64,000 bases of DNA from contig MU006110.1 in NCBI GenBank assembly GCA_010093705.1, forward strand, positions 62,001-126,000, in the 5' to 3' direction. The position numbers were made by a program, and so were the translations under genes. Within the stretch, counting starts at the first letter, position 1, and every line of letters starts with the position of its first letter. Source of the DNA: Patellaria atrata CBS 101060. Taxonomy: Eukaryota. Under the pieces are notes generated by a model. That model saw nothing but the letters and a program-made list of their open reading frames with translations. It was not told where the DNA came from and ran no database searches. This document shows positions 51,029 through 64,000 of this stretch, in pieces.

Positions 51029-51706
51029 CTACTGACCGGGACGACGATCACCGAAACGACGAGGACGCTCGACGGTCTGCTGTTGTGTGACGGCCACGAC
51101 ATTGACGGGTATGGAATCGAACTGTATCAATATCAGCATCTTTCCAATTATGACTAATTGCCTCGGAGGCTCATCAGTTTGAGTCAGGGAGGTGTATCTT
51201 ACGCCCAAGCTCTTCAACAAGTCCTTGGTCTCCTGGTCCACATCCAACTGTCCACTCTCGCTGTTTTGCGTGAAGTCCAAAGCGGAGACCTCTGGAACGT
51301 ATTGATCCTTGCGTTCACGCTCCTCTTCCTGGAGCTTGAAGGAGATACCGCGGACTGGACCACGTTGGATACGTTTCATCAGATGCGTTGTGAAGCCGGC
51401 AATCTATTCGTTCGAGGAGGGTATCCATCAGCGATTGTCGGGAAAGTACGGTTATTCCTCGAGACATATGGCGATTGTCCGACGGAGAGGGTTGAAATAC
51501 CTTATTCCTCAACCTCTTGCTCGCAATGATAGCAATCTCGTCGCATAGACGCTTGTTGGTGTGGAAATCGAGCGTGAGGCGGGGATAATACCGCTCGATC
51601 ATCACCTTTGCGGACTTCTTAACCGTCTCTATTGAGTGGATTAGCATCGCATAATCCGACAGAAATAATTAAAACTGTAATACACACTTGTTCGAACGCG
51701 ACCCAT
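51029..51706 (-). CDS. RPS17: 40S ribosomal protein S17 (eS17), 4 exons
   Basis: MGRVRTK / [42 protein letters not shown] / [38 protein letters not shown]. Confidence 0.98.
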
Positions 51707-52319
51707 CTTGGCGGTATGTAGTAGATATTGAGGGAGGGGTTAGAAGTTCCGTTGATTGACAAGTCGCGAATTGAAGGTAAGGTAATGCTGCTGTCGTGGG
51801 TTTTAGCGATATTCCATGAGCAGTGTGTGCCAAGACAATTTACCGCAAAAAAGTTTTAGCGAGGGAAGCGACAGGGGTGGAGACACGAGCCAATTAAAAT
51901 GTTGATAACCATTTTTGAATAGGTATAAGGACACGCAAAGAAGTCAGTTTGATGGTCTGAATATACCATTAAAGCAACTCTTATGAGGTGTCTTACTGGT
52001 TCTGTGTGTTCTCCAGATGTAGAGGTAAGAATGAACCAGCACTAAGCACGTCAGTTCGAGCAGAGGATATTGAGAGCAAGACATGGCAAGTTTGATTGAA
52101 AACAGTTATGCATTGATCCTACAGAGAACAATCTCTAGAATCGAACCTGAAAACCTCTTATGTAAATCTACTCCTAATCTCAAATGCGTATTTCAAACAT
52201 ACTTGCAAGCCCAGTGCGTATGATCCACTCGAAGAAACTCCGGCTCGTGGCCAAAGGGTACCCAACAGTATCCCGCCGATACAATCAATAAATCAAAATG
52301 CTCTATGAGTCTTCCCGCA

Positions 52320-54206
52320 CTAATCTCCCTTATCGCTCTTCAAACCTCTCCCCTTTGCCCTTCCTCTAATGCCTTCTGGGATATCTTTCCGCGCCGTTCC
52401 GACAGCATCTGTCCTTCCTCTCCTGTCTTCATCATCCTCGTCACCACCGATCTCGAACGCGTCGGTCAGTTCAATAAGATCCCCTATGCCACTTCCAGCA
52501 CCAAGGCCTACGACCGACAGTCCACTCCTCTGCGTGTTACCGGTAGGTTCCATAACTTTCGTTGCCTTTGTGGCCATCTTCCGTACCCACCCTTCGATAG
52601 CCCCACCAACATTTTCTAGATCAAACCCTACGCCGGCGCCAGTACCAGCTGTACTTGACCCAACCTGACCTGCTCCGGAAAGAGTATCGAATTCGGAGAG
52701 GTCCCCAAGTCCAGGGGTCCAGGGAGTAAAAACGGTTTGGTTCGGCGGTGGTGCAACATCGGGTAGATGTTTTGCGAGGAAGTTTTCCACTTTATTGTTC
52801 TGTGCAGGGCCGGGAGAGCGTACATTTGCACTCATCGTCCCTACACCTCCGGGACCATGAAGGAAGTATGATGGTTGAATTGAAGCCGCAGAAGAGGTAC
52901 GGCGACGTCCAGGTCTTCTCGCAGGGGAGCTCGTGGCATTTTGGAGTGGAGGAAGATCGGGAGATGTGGTTATCATAGGCACGTTTGAAGGGTTCGGAGA
53001 GACATCCATAGATGCCTTAGGGGTGGCAGACGCATCGGAGAAGGTGCGACTTTTTCGGCGGGCCGGGGGGAAGAAACCTAAACTCTTGCGTGGGAGACGG
53101 GCAATCTCGGTGGGCACTGTGTCATTTGGAAGTAGGACCCAGGAGTCATGTTTCCAAGGGGGTTCGGAATCTACATTGGAAACGCTTGTAGATGAGGAGG
53201 GTGGCCTGGGATTGATGTTGGATTGGGATGTATGTCGACTTGTGGACCAGCCATTTGGCATCTGAGGAGTAGACGTAGGGGTCAACTCTTCCAACGAGGT
53301 TGACTTATTGTCTTCAAGCAGGAGATCCTCTTCCGCTTCTTTCGGTCCTGGTACAGGTTTTCCTTTGATGGCACAAGCATCTACAGGGAGAACTAAAGTT
53401 TTCCGGACTTGAGGTGTGTCGTTGGGCCACATTCTGTTCGCTTTCCTCAGAACCACGGCCTGGCAATTGTACCTAATTGTAATCCCCGCTACAGTATCCG
53501 AACGCTTCACATGGTGTATATAGACAAGGGCATCATCTTCTTCGTGTCCAGTCGGTGGCACAGATGTCGATATCCTCTCGTCAGAATTTCGTCTCTTAAA
53601 TCTCCCAACAGCATCAGCGTACATATGCACATTTGCAGCAAGCATATCCTTCCGTTTGCGTTCCCTGACCAAGGCATCCCTCTCTTCTCGTGATCCCTGC
53701 CCGATGTGTTCTTCTGAGCCTGATGGCCCCCATTGGGATGGCAACGCACTCCTACTTCCGCTTCGTCCATGGGTAAATTCAAGCGGTCTTGTCTTCCGTC
53801 TCCATGATTTGGAGTCTGTGGACGAATGGCCAGTATCAGTTCCTAGTACATTGGAGGCTAGACCTTGTATTGTAGACCAAGGGTTTCCCCAAAATGTTCC
53901 GATGGTATTCTGCGCGGTTTTCCTACCGAATGCTGTTTTAGACCTGCTACTACTTGCTTCGCCAGATCGCGGTATCGCTGATGATGAGCCGATACGGGAG
54001 GGATGGCTCGAAGGAATTGGAGAGGCATTCCTCGAGATTAAGGGGGATGCGAAGGGGGACGAGAGGTGCCTGTTGGATTCACTGTTTACACTGAGCTCCC
54101 CTTGTTCTTCGAGTCCAGATATCAACCTTCGAGTCCGCGGCCTCAGCGACGATGCAGTAGGAGTCGAGCTTGTCCGAGAGCTATGTTGAGAGGTAGTGGG
54201 GATCAT
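52320..54206 (-). CDS. Non-secreted LysM (CBM50) domain protein
   Basis: One LysM: YIHHVKRSDTVAGITIRYNCQAVVLRKANRMWPND...TLVLP. The flanks are Ser/Pro-rich and there is no signal peptide. Confidence 0.85.
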   Translation of the reverse strand: MIPTTSQHSSRTSSTPTASSLRPRTRRLISGLEEQGELSVNSESNRHLSSPFASPLISRNASPIPSSHPSRIGSSSAIPRSGEASSSRSKTAFGRKTAQNTIGTFWGNPWSTIQGLASNVLGTDTGHSSTDSKSWRRKTRPLEFTHGRSGSRSALPSQWGPSGSEEHIGQGSREERDALVRERKRKDMLAANVHMYADAVGRFKRRNSDERISTSVPPTGHEEDDALVYIHHVKRSDTVAGITIRYNCQAVVLRKANRMWPNDTPQVRKTLVLPVDACAIKGKPVPGPKEAEEDLLLEDNKSTSLEELTPTSTPQMPNGWSTSRHTSQSNINPRPPSSSTSVSNVDSEPPWKHDSWVLLPNDTVPTEIARLPRKSLGFFPPARRKSRTFSDASATPKASMDVSPNPSNVPMITTSPDLPPLQNATSSPARRPGRRRTSSAASIQPSYFLHGPGGVGTMSANVRSPGPAQNNKVENFLAKHLPDVAPPPNQTVFTPWTPGLGDLSEFDTLSGAGQVGSSTAGTGAGVGFDLENVGGAIEGWVRKMATKATKVMEPTGNTQRSGLSVVGLGAGSGIGDLIELTDAFEIGGDEDDEDRRGRTDAVGTARKDIPEGIRGRAKGRGLKSDKGD

Positions 54207-54792
54207 GGCCGCTGAAGCGCTGGCGGAGGAGACGGTGCTTGAAAGGCATGAAGCAGCTTTAGTAGATTGTTGCCCGAGTATCTACGCTGGAGCTCGCATT
54301 GTCGTTTGTTCTTAGGTTTACTGGGTGAAAGTATTGAAGCCTTAGGGACAGTTTGTACATGCAGATTGAACGCGCAAGGTGTTGCTACTAGATTCCAAGC
54401 GTTGCTCCGATCCGCCAATAGCAACGCTGATCCTGTGACGTGGGGCTTTAGAAAGGGTCAGTGTTCACTTTACTTTGCTCTTTCTCTTCATTCTTTTTAA
54501 GGTATCCATCAAATTATCTTCAGTGTCTACTAAGGTTGATATGTGCTTCAACTCTCGTCTCACAAAATGCGTCCGAGTCCATTCCGGCCGTGTCGACGCC
54601 CCCCACGTCAGGATCAATTAGCAGCTAACGGCTGGTTTGCTCCGAGCGACAGTTATTTGGCAAGTTACAATATTATTCGATTATAGATATTTCTAAATAT
54701 ACAATCATAGTCCTCACCCATTCATAGATTCGTGTATACTCCATTTTACCGATTCATTATTCTTCCTTTAAGGCCCAAAAGACAGTTTGGAT

Positions 54793-55680
54793 TTACGTAT
54801 ACTGCCATGCTCCAAAACTTCCCGATGGCCTTCCATGCACCACTGCATTGAAGCCCCTGCAAGTAGAGGCGAATACTAGTCCTGGTAACTTGGCGAATAC
54901 TTGCCAACTGGAAGCATCATTCCCATCTGGACAGGCTATCCAACCATCACTCGGGAGGTAAATGAACGCGCCCTCTTGGTAAGCCGAGACTCCCCATAGG
55001 GATCCTGTAGGGTATGAGGCGCTGTGAGCTTGAGTGAAACCTAGCGCGCCGTTGGGCTCGATATAATACTGTTGTCCGCCCGGAACATAAACGCTCTGTG
55101 TAGAGGATTAGCATTCTGCTATGTTTGATGTGAAAAGGACACTGAAGACTTACCAAGCCAGAGCCGGCGTAGAGAAGAGTCTCATTGCCAGGAGGGCACA
55201 CATCCCGCGGTACATTCTCAGGACAGTATGTGCAAGGCCCATGTTGGGTTATCACGAAATGACGGCCACAGGCTTCGATGGGCCACCCGTGGAATGGCGC
55301 GTTTGGATTCAATGCCTGTACTGTGAATGGGCCTGACTGAGCAGGCAGGATGCTCAATTGCTTATTGGCACATCTAAGACTCCTATTAACCTCTGACTAT
55401 AGTTAGGGGAGAGGGTGAAACTCACGAATACATCTTGTCAGAGTAACAAGCAGACCCACATCGTTTCGTCGCTATGCCATTAATTTTAGGGCATAAGAAA
55501 TTCCCATCATAGCAAGTATACTGACCCATATTAGCTCTGCAAAGGGCGAATCCTACGCGGAGAAGAGTAACTTACTTGTGAAGGAAGATATCGCGCGTCG
55601 CCGCAGTTCTGAAGTTCCTCTGCAACACTGAAGCCAGTGAAGGCTAAAGCAGATAGAACGGTCAATGTAAAACCCTTCAT
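54793..55680 (-). CDS. Secreted Cys-rich protein: CBM52-like module + IgE-binding-protein-like domain (4 exons)
   Basis: Signal peptide MKGFTLTVLSALAF. Spliced CGDARYLPSQ/YTCYDGNFLCP...RCGSACY is CBM52-like. It continues TYCP..CPPGNET...VPGGQQYYIEPNGALGFTQAHSA and ends GAWQYT*. Confidence 0.75.
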
Positions 55681-57198
55681 GATGATAGATGTCACACAGT
55701 CGAGAAAGGTAAAAGATATAGCTTGTTGTTTACCAATTGAACTTGAAGGTGACAATGAGGATTATGAGGAAGAAGAGTGAACTTTATACTCTTGATACCA
55801 CCCATGTTTGCTTTCTTCCTTCTATAAATGCACCTACTAAATAAATACGAATTATTGAATTCAGTCATACACTTGTAACCATTGGATTTCCGCTTCAGCC
55901 GGGTCTACGCCGCTACAACGCTATAATGGGTATGGTGGGAAGTAAGGTGTAGAGAGTATTAAGTAACTGGAAGGACACAGTCAGCCGATCATGTTACTGT
56001 ACATGATAGACTCCCTTTAGACAGGTCGCGCAGTCTTTAGTTTGGGCAATAAACATGTATGATCCTACCATGCGACTGGTGCAACGGCTCCCTTGGCTAA
56101 CAATTGTACAGCTGAAGGTTGCGCCATATGCAACCCTCCCTTGCATTCCTTGTTGTACGGGATTGACTTGCTGGAAATGTGTGATATGAATCTCGTGTTG
56201 TCAATAGTCCAATCTGCAATATACTTGTTTTTTATACGGGAAGCGCCCGGAAGATGAGAAGAATGATAATAATAATAATCAGAGAGTGCGGAGAGTTGAC
56301 ATCGATAGTTAGATCTATAGGAGCAGGGAATCAGTGGCGAGAACCTTGCTCACTGTGGCTGGGATTATTTCTATTTAAAGATCCCCATGTAAGAGAGTCG
56401 GCAAAGTCGGTCGAGATCTATACTAGACGTATTCATGATCTCAAACATAAGGATTTTCATGTCCCTATAGTATGTAACTCTCTTCCTAAATAACGTATTC
56501 AATGTAGTTTGAGTCGGAACGATGCCGAGTCCAAGACCGTCACAGCCGTAGCCATCCTATAAGTTTTAAAGGAATTAGACTCTCTCATTTCTAATGGTTT
56601 CTCCAATCATACCGTCCGCTCGGTTTATTTGAATACATGTTCACGTGCCGTTACATATGGACCGTATGAAGGGATCCTCACTACATCCTTGAGAAACATA
56701 ATGACGGCGTACAGCTTCTGACGTAATTCCGTTTCCAGTCCCAGAATTGGTTCAGGTAAAGAGAACTGTTGAATCTGATAGCTGTACTATGCTCTGCTGT
56801 GCGCTTGTTCAGAACTGACCGCCACTTTCTCCTTCCTTTCGCTCTTCATCTTGTAATGTTCTTTCCTACTCCCGATATCCGCCATACTTTCCTTCCTTTC
56901 CGTTGATTCTCTCTATTTCTATCCGATCACCCGAAGCCAAGAAGAACATCATCCGGCGAGCAAAAGGGAAAAGGAGTGACATAATATTTCTCTTCGTGAA
57001 TGGAGACCAAATCCGAACGACACGCTGACGGAACATCACCAAATAGTAGACCAGTGGGATCCGTCAATCCTTGTTACTGCAATATAGAGTATCTTCTCAG
57101 CTTTTTTCATGCACAATTTATCTGTTTCCGGCGTGAGTTGTGTCACTACTCAGCGGGATCTCCAGGGAAAACTCTGAAGGTCTCATACAAGATCACAC

Positions 57199-60524
<3,326 letters not shown>

Positions 60525-60637
60525 ATTGAAACTATGAACACAACCGATCAAGGGGGTCTAAGATCAAGTTCCATTAAGCTCACAGTTTGATGATCAGAGA
60601 TCAGGTTCCTCGAAAAACGATATGACTAAAAGGAAAG

Positions 60638-60653
60638 TATATATATATATATA
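60638..60653. repeat. (TA)n microsatellite upstream of the fusion gene
   Basis: tatatatatatatata about 115 bp upstream of the ATG at 60524. Confidence 0.85.
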
Positions 60654-61290
60654 TGAGCGCCTGGAAAAATCATAGTGGTCTAAATAAGGGATCGGTTTCG
60701 CTACTGTATCATTTTATTTGGAAACGTAAGGTACTCCGTAGGCTTCAGCTGTTGATAACTTAATATGTGCCCCCACAGCCCCTGAGATGTGGCGTGGGAG
60801 TTTTAGAACTAATGGAAGCGCTCAGCTTCCAGTGCGCACAGGCCAACTTTGCTCTGCCACTAGACATTCTTAAAACTTCCTAATCCCCAATTCTCTCTCT
60901 ACAGATTCATCATGAACTATTCTGTGATGGATTTATGAATATCTAACCGAAGGGAGATAGATCATATCCTATCAAAAGCATCGTCTAACTTTTGGCTCAA
61001 CGAGTAGTATAACTAGGGTAAACCAGCATAGTACATACTATCATTATCGAAAGAAATTGGACAAGATCTCGTTGAAGGGGAAGAAAGAGTTAGGGCATGT
61101 TTATTGAGAAGATCCTAATGACAGTATCAACCCTGGCGAACGAGAACGGACACAAACGAGTGGACTTTGACCCTCCATTGAAAAGAACAACTATTGAGTC
61201 AAGACATGCCAGAGTACTACATGAATTCCGAGTTTCGAACAAAACTACCTCCAGATATCTGACGCGAACCAGCCGCGAACTATATTGCAA

Positions 61291-61879
61291 TCAACTAGAG
61301 TACAGAGTAAACACCAAGTCTCCACTTAACTTCCCTGGGTCGCAACCCTGGTTTGGCTCTCCTGCATAGGTGGGTTGATAATAGGCTTGGTCGGTCCTCA
61401 CCTCGTTAGGAGGGACATGATATCCTCCACAATGTGCGCTGGGATCCGTGTTTTCCACCCGGATTCCCCCCTCAAATGCCGGGCAGTTTTGTGGATCTTG
61501 CCAGTTAGGTGCACAGTTTATCATGGAGAGGTCGAACCAAAGCCTGCGATCGGCACCGATGGAGTACTCGAGTTGAAGAGGTTTTTCAATGAGTTGATTT
61601 GGAGATTTAGAAACTTTGAGGCATATCCCACCGGTGTTACCGCTTATATCGCTAGTCACGGGTTCCGAGTATCTTTCTCCTGTTTTCAGGTGATGTGCAG
61701 GACTTTTCATCTACGGACCAGAGGTGTACATCGTAGGAGCATTTGTTTACGACCACTGTATTCCCGATATTGGCTTCTCGTGGCGTGAGACTATTTCGAT
61801 GGGTATGGTGACCATGGAGAGGAGCAATACTCATCGAGACTAGGAACGTGAGTATATAACAGATTTGATTATAGAGCAT
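61291..61879 (-). pseudogene. BYS1/thaumatin-like small secreted protein, frameshifted
   Basis: Signal peptide + GNTVVVNKCSYDVHLWSVD lie in one frame. YSEP..GICLKVSK..LQLEYS..LWFDLSMINC lie in the +1 frame. The switch is at about 61705 and there is no room for an intron. Confidence 0.7.
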
Positions 61880-62525
61880 TATAGGTAGAAGAGGTACGTT
61901 GGAACTTGATACGTTATGTCGATATATCAACAAGCTTTTCAGTCTTCGGTTTACATTCTTTGCAAAGCAAGAGGGCCGAAGCACTTTTATGTCCTTCGAT
62001 ATTCATAAAAGGTAGCCAGAGTCATATTAGCGCAGAACAGCTAGACATCTCCACCATGCATGAACCTTTTACTGAAAGGTGATTGATTTAAGAGTCAAGT
62101 GTTGATGGTAATGATCAGACATGGCAAATGAAACAAGTATGTTGTCTCTCTTCTTTCTCTATGCACATAAGTTAGAGATATGCGAATAAAGTACTGACTA
62201 CATTCACCCACTATGATCCGCTAATTTAATGACCAAATAAGTGGTGAATCTTTTCTGGAGAGGGAGGTCATCTACTCACCTTAACGTTATATAGCAAGAG
62301 AAAGACATCACTAGACAATCAAATTTCTATTTTCATTAAAGTACAACGGTTTCAAATTGAGATTATTTAAAGAAGTACATCCGCTCAATGGAAACCCTGG
62401 TTTAGGAAAATAAACGAAGAACATAAAATTTTCCAACCAGGGACAAACTAGCCATAAGGCGATATTCAAGAAATGAGAGTCAAAGAATATATGCAAGAAC
62501 TGAAGAATCAACACTTCCCCACCAA

Positions 62526-63196
62526 CTACTCATTCTCGGAGCAAACCGTCATAACCAACACGCCCCCCAACTCCCCCGGACTACACCTCAAAACCCGCTG
62601 TCGCTGTGGCTCGGGGATTTAATAAACACTCCTCTCACAATTCTCTCCCGCCCCACAAACCAGCGGAATACAGTGTCCGGCGAGCGGATCATCCGCGGGT
62701 TCCTCCTTAACCGCAACCCCGAAATTCACCGGCCGAATCTCCAACCCCTTCTCATGTCCCACGCATGCACTCGCATCGCTCCCGTCCACGCAATCCACGA
62801 AACTGAGGTCGTAGCTCAGCGTGCCTAAGCCGGCGAACTGGTCGTCAGAGTAAGAGTATCAAACTGCACGATTTTAGAGGAGTCAGGGAATTTGGAGACT
62901 TTGAGCGCGGTGCCGCCGCTACGCAGCCAGCGCAGGAGCTCGTTGTGCGATTCGCCGGGCGAGAGGGTGTAGAGTTTGGTGTTGTCGTGTTCGATTTCGG
63001 GGATGACGGTGTCGTTGGTGCTGTAGGCAACTTTGGAGACGGAGGGGCCGACGCTGTCGATGCTGCGGACGTAAAGGGGATAAGAGCATTTGTTGAGGAG
63101 AGCGGCGGAGGCGAAGTTGTCGTCGCTGGGGGAACGCTTTTCAAGGGGAGTGGAATGTGCAAAGTGGGAAAGGAAGAGAAAGATGAGTAGGAACAT
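62526..63196 (-). pseudogene. BYS1/thaumatin-like small secreted protein, frameshift + premature stop
   Basis: Signal peptide + ASAALLNKCSYPLYVRSID...GGTALKVSK..IVQF. A 1-nt shift at about 62859 restores YSY...LSYDLSFVDC. There is an in-frame TAA at 62619-62621 before CSPGELGGVLVMTVCSENE*. Confidence 0.75.
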
Positions 63197-64000
63197 CGTG
63201 ATAGTCAGAAGTTTATCTGTAAGGACTGTATTATATATGAAATGAAACAATAACGATGATCAACATTTAAGGTTAGAAGAGAAGCAAGAATCTGAAATGC
63301 GAAACTGAGAGAAAGGCCTCACGGAGAGGTAAGACTCATCTTATACTTTAGACGCGCGGTCATTGCTTCATTTTCTTGACGTCTTATATTATTTGGATTC
63401 ATACCTTCAACGATAACTCGCGTAATGGCTCATCTACATAAATTTCCACTGTGTCCTCTCTTTGTGTGTTTCGAACCTGAAATTACACTCAGATCATGGT
63501 TCTTTATTTCGCATTTCTCTAAATAGTGGTAAGAACTAAAACGTTTATTTAAATTGAGGTTGGACAAAGAAAGGAGAAAGGATCACGTAGTGGCTAAAAT
63601 GCAATAATTTGAATCAAGACATGGTGACTGAGCACTCTGACTCTAACCACCTCACTAAGTCCTCCAAGCCGCACAATAAAGATTATTTTACTCGTGGATA
63701 ATAGCAGCTTTAGCCTAGCTAGTTGAGTTAATTCATTTCTAGAGGACTAAGATAGTCATGTCGGCATGTGGACGGAATATACGCATAATGAGTTGACAAG
63801 GAATTATCAGAGGTAGTTTTTGTCACCAAGTCCATGAAGAATCTGAAAGAGGAAGATGTTACTTATATCCTTTTCATTCGCACGAGTTGCTATGAAGATT
63901 CATTTCTATCATTGCTCCCCGCTGACAGTTTCCGTAACGTCCACATCGATATCTATCCACTCCATAAACTCAGTCCTGATTCCTATGCCATCATCACCAC

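Noticed and set aside
56627..56885. Minus-strand coding-like stretch (MADIGSRKEH...*YSYQ...) downstream of the kinase
   Set aside because: It is interrupted by a stop and has no recognisable homology, so I cannot support it as a gene or pseudogene.
62619..62621. Premature TAA as evidence of RIP
   Set aside because: It is a single site with an unknown ancestral codon, and the surrounding gene is GC-rich with no RIP-like depletion.

Overview
Gene-dense, intron-containing genomic window from a filamentous ascomycete fungus (Pezizomycotina; short GT-AG introns with CTRAC branch points). It is not prokaryotic, and I see no CRISPR array, rRNA, tRNA or intact transposon. Bases 1-54 kb are mostly housekeeping genes: a GH47 mannosidase-like gene, ROT1, FAU1, SmE, MTR10, a Zn2Cys6 TF, RAD4/XPC, a C2H2 + fungal-TF-domain gene, URA5, NOG1, mannitol-1-P dehydrogenase, GDI1, MRPL4, NOT2, RPS17 and a LysM protein. 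There is one N gap. Bases 54.8-63.2 kb look accessory. The main finding lies there: a 13-exon minus-strand gene (57199-60524) that I reconstructed by hand as one open frame. It joins a SesA/HeLo-like STAND N-terminal domain, a ubiquitin-like domain and a Cys4 zinc ribbon to a complete HOG1/p38 MAP kinase with an intact TGY motif. It is flanked by a CBM52 + IgE-binding-protein-like secreted gene and by two tandem BYS1-like secreted-protein genes, both frameshifted. Other points: the GH47 gene has lost several catalytic acids, the Zn2Cys6 TF carries a PPPGW repeat array, NOT2 has a possible in-frame alternative last exon, and the palindrome TAC(A/T)GTA is enriched in intergenic DNA. All family assignments come from motif recognition by eye, not from database searches.
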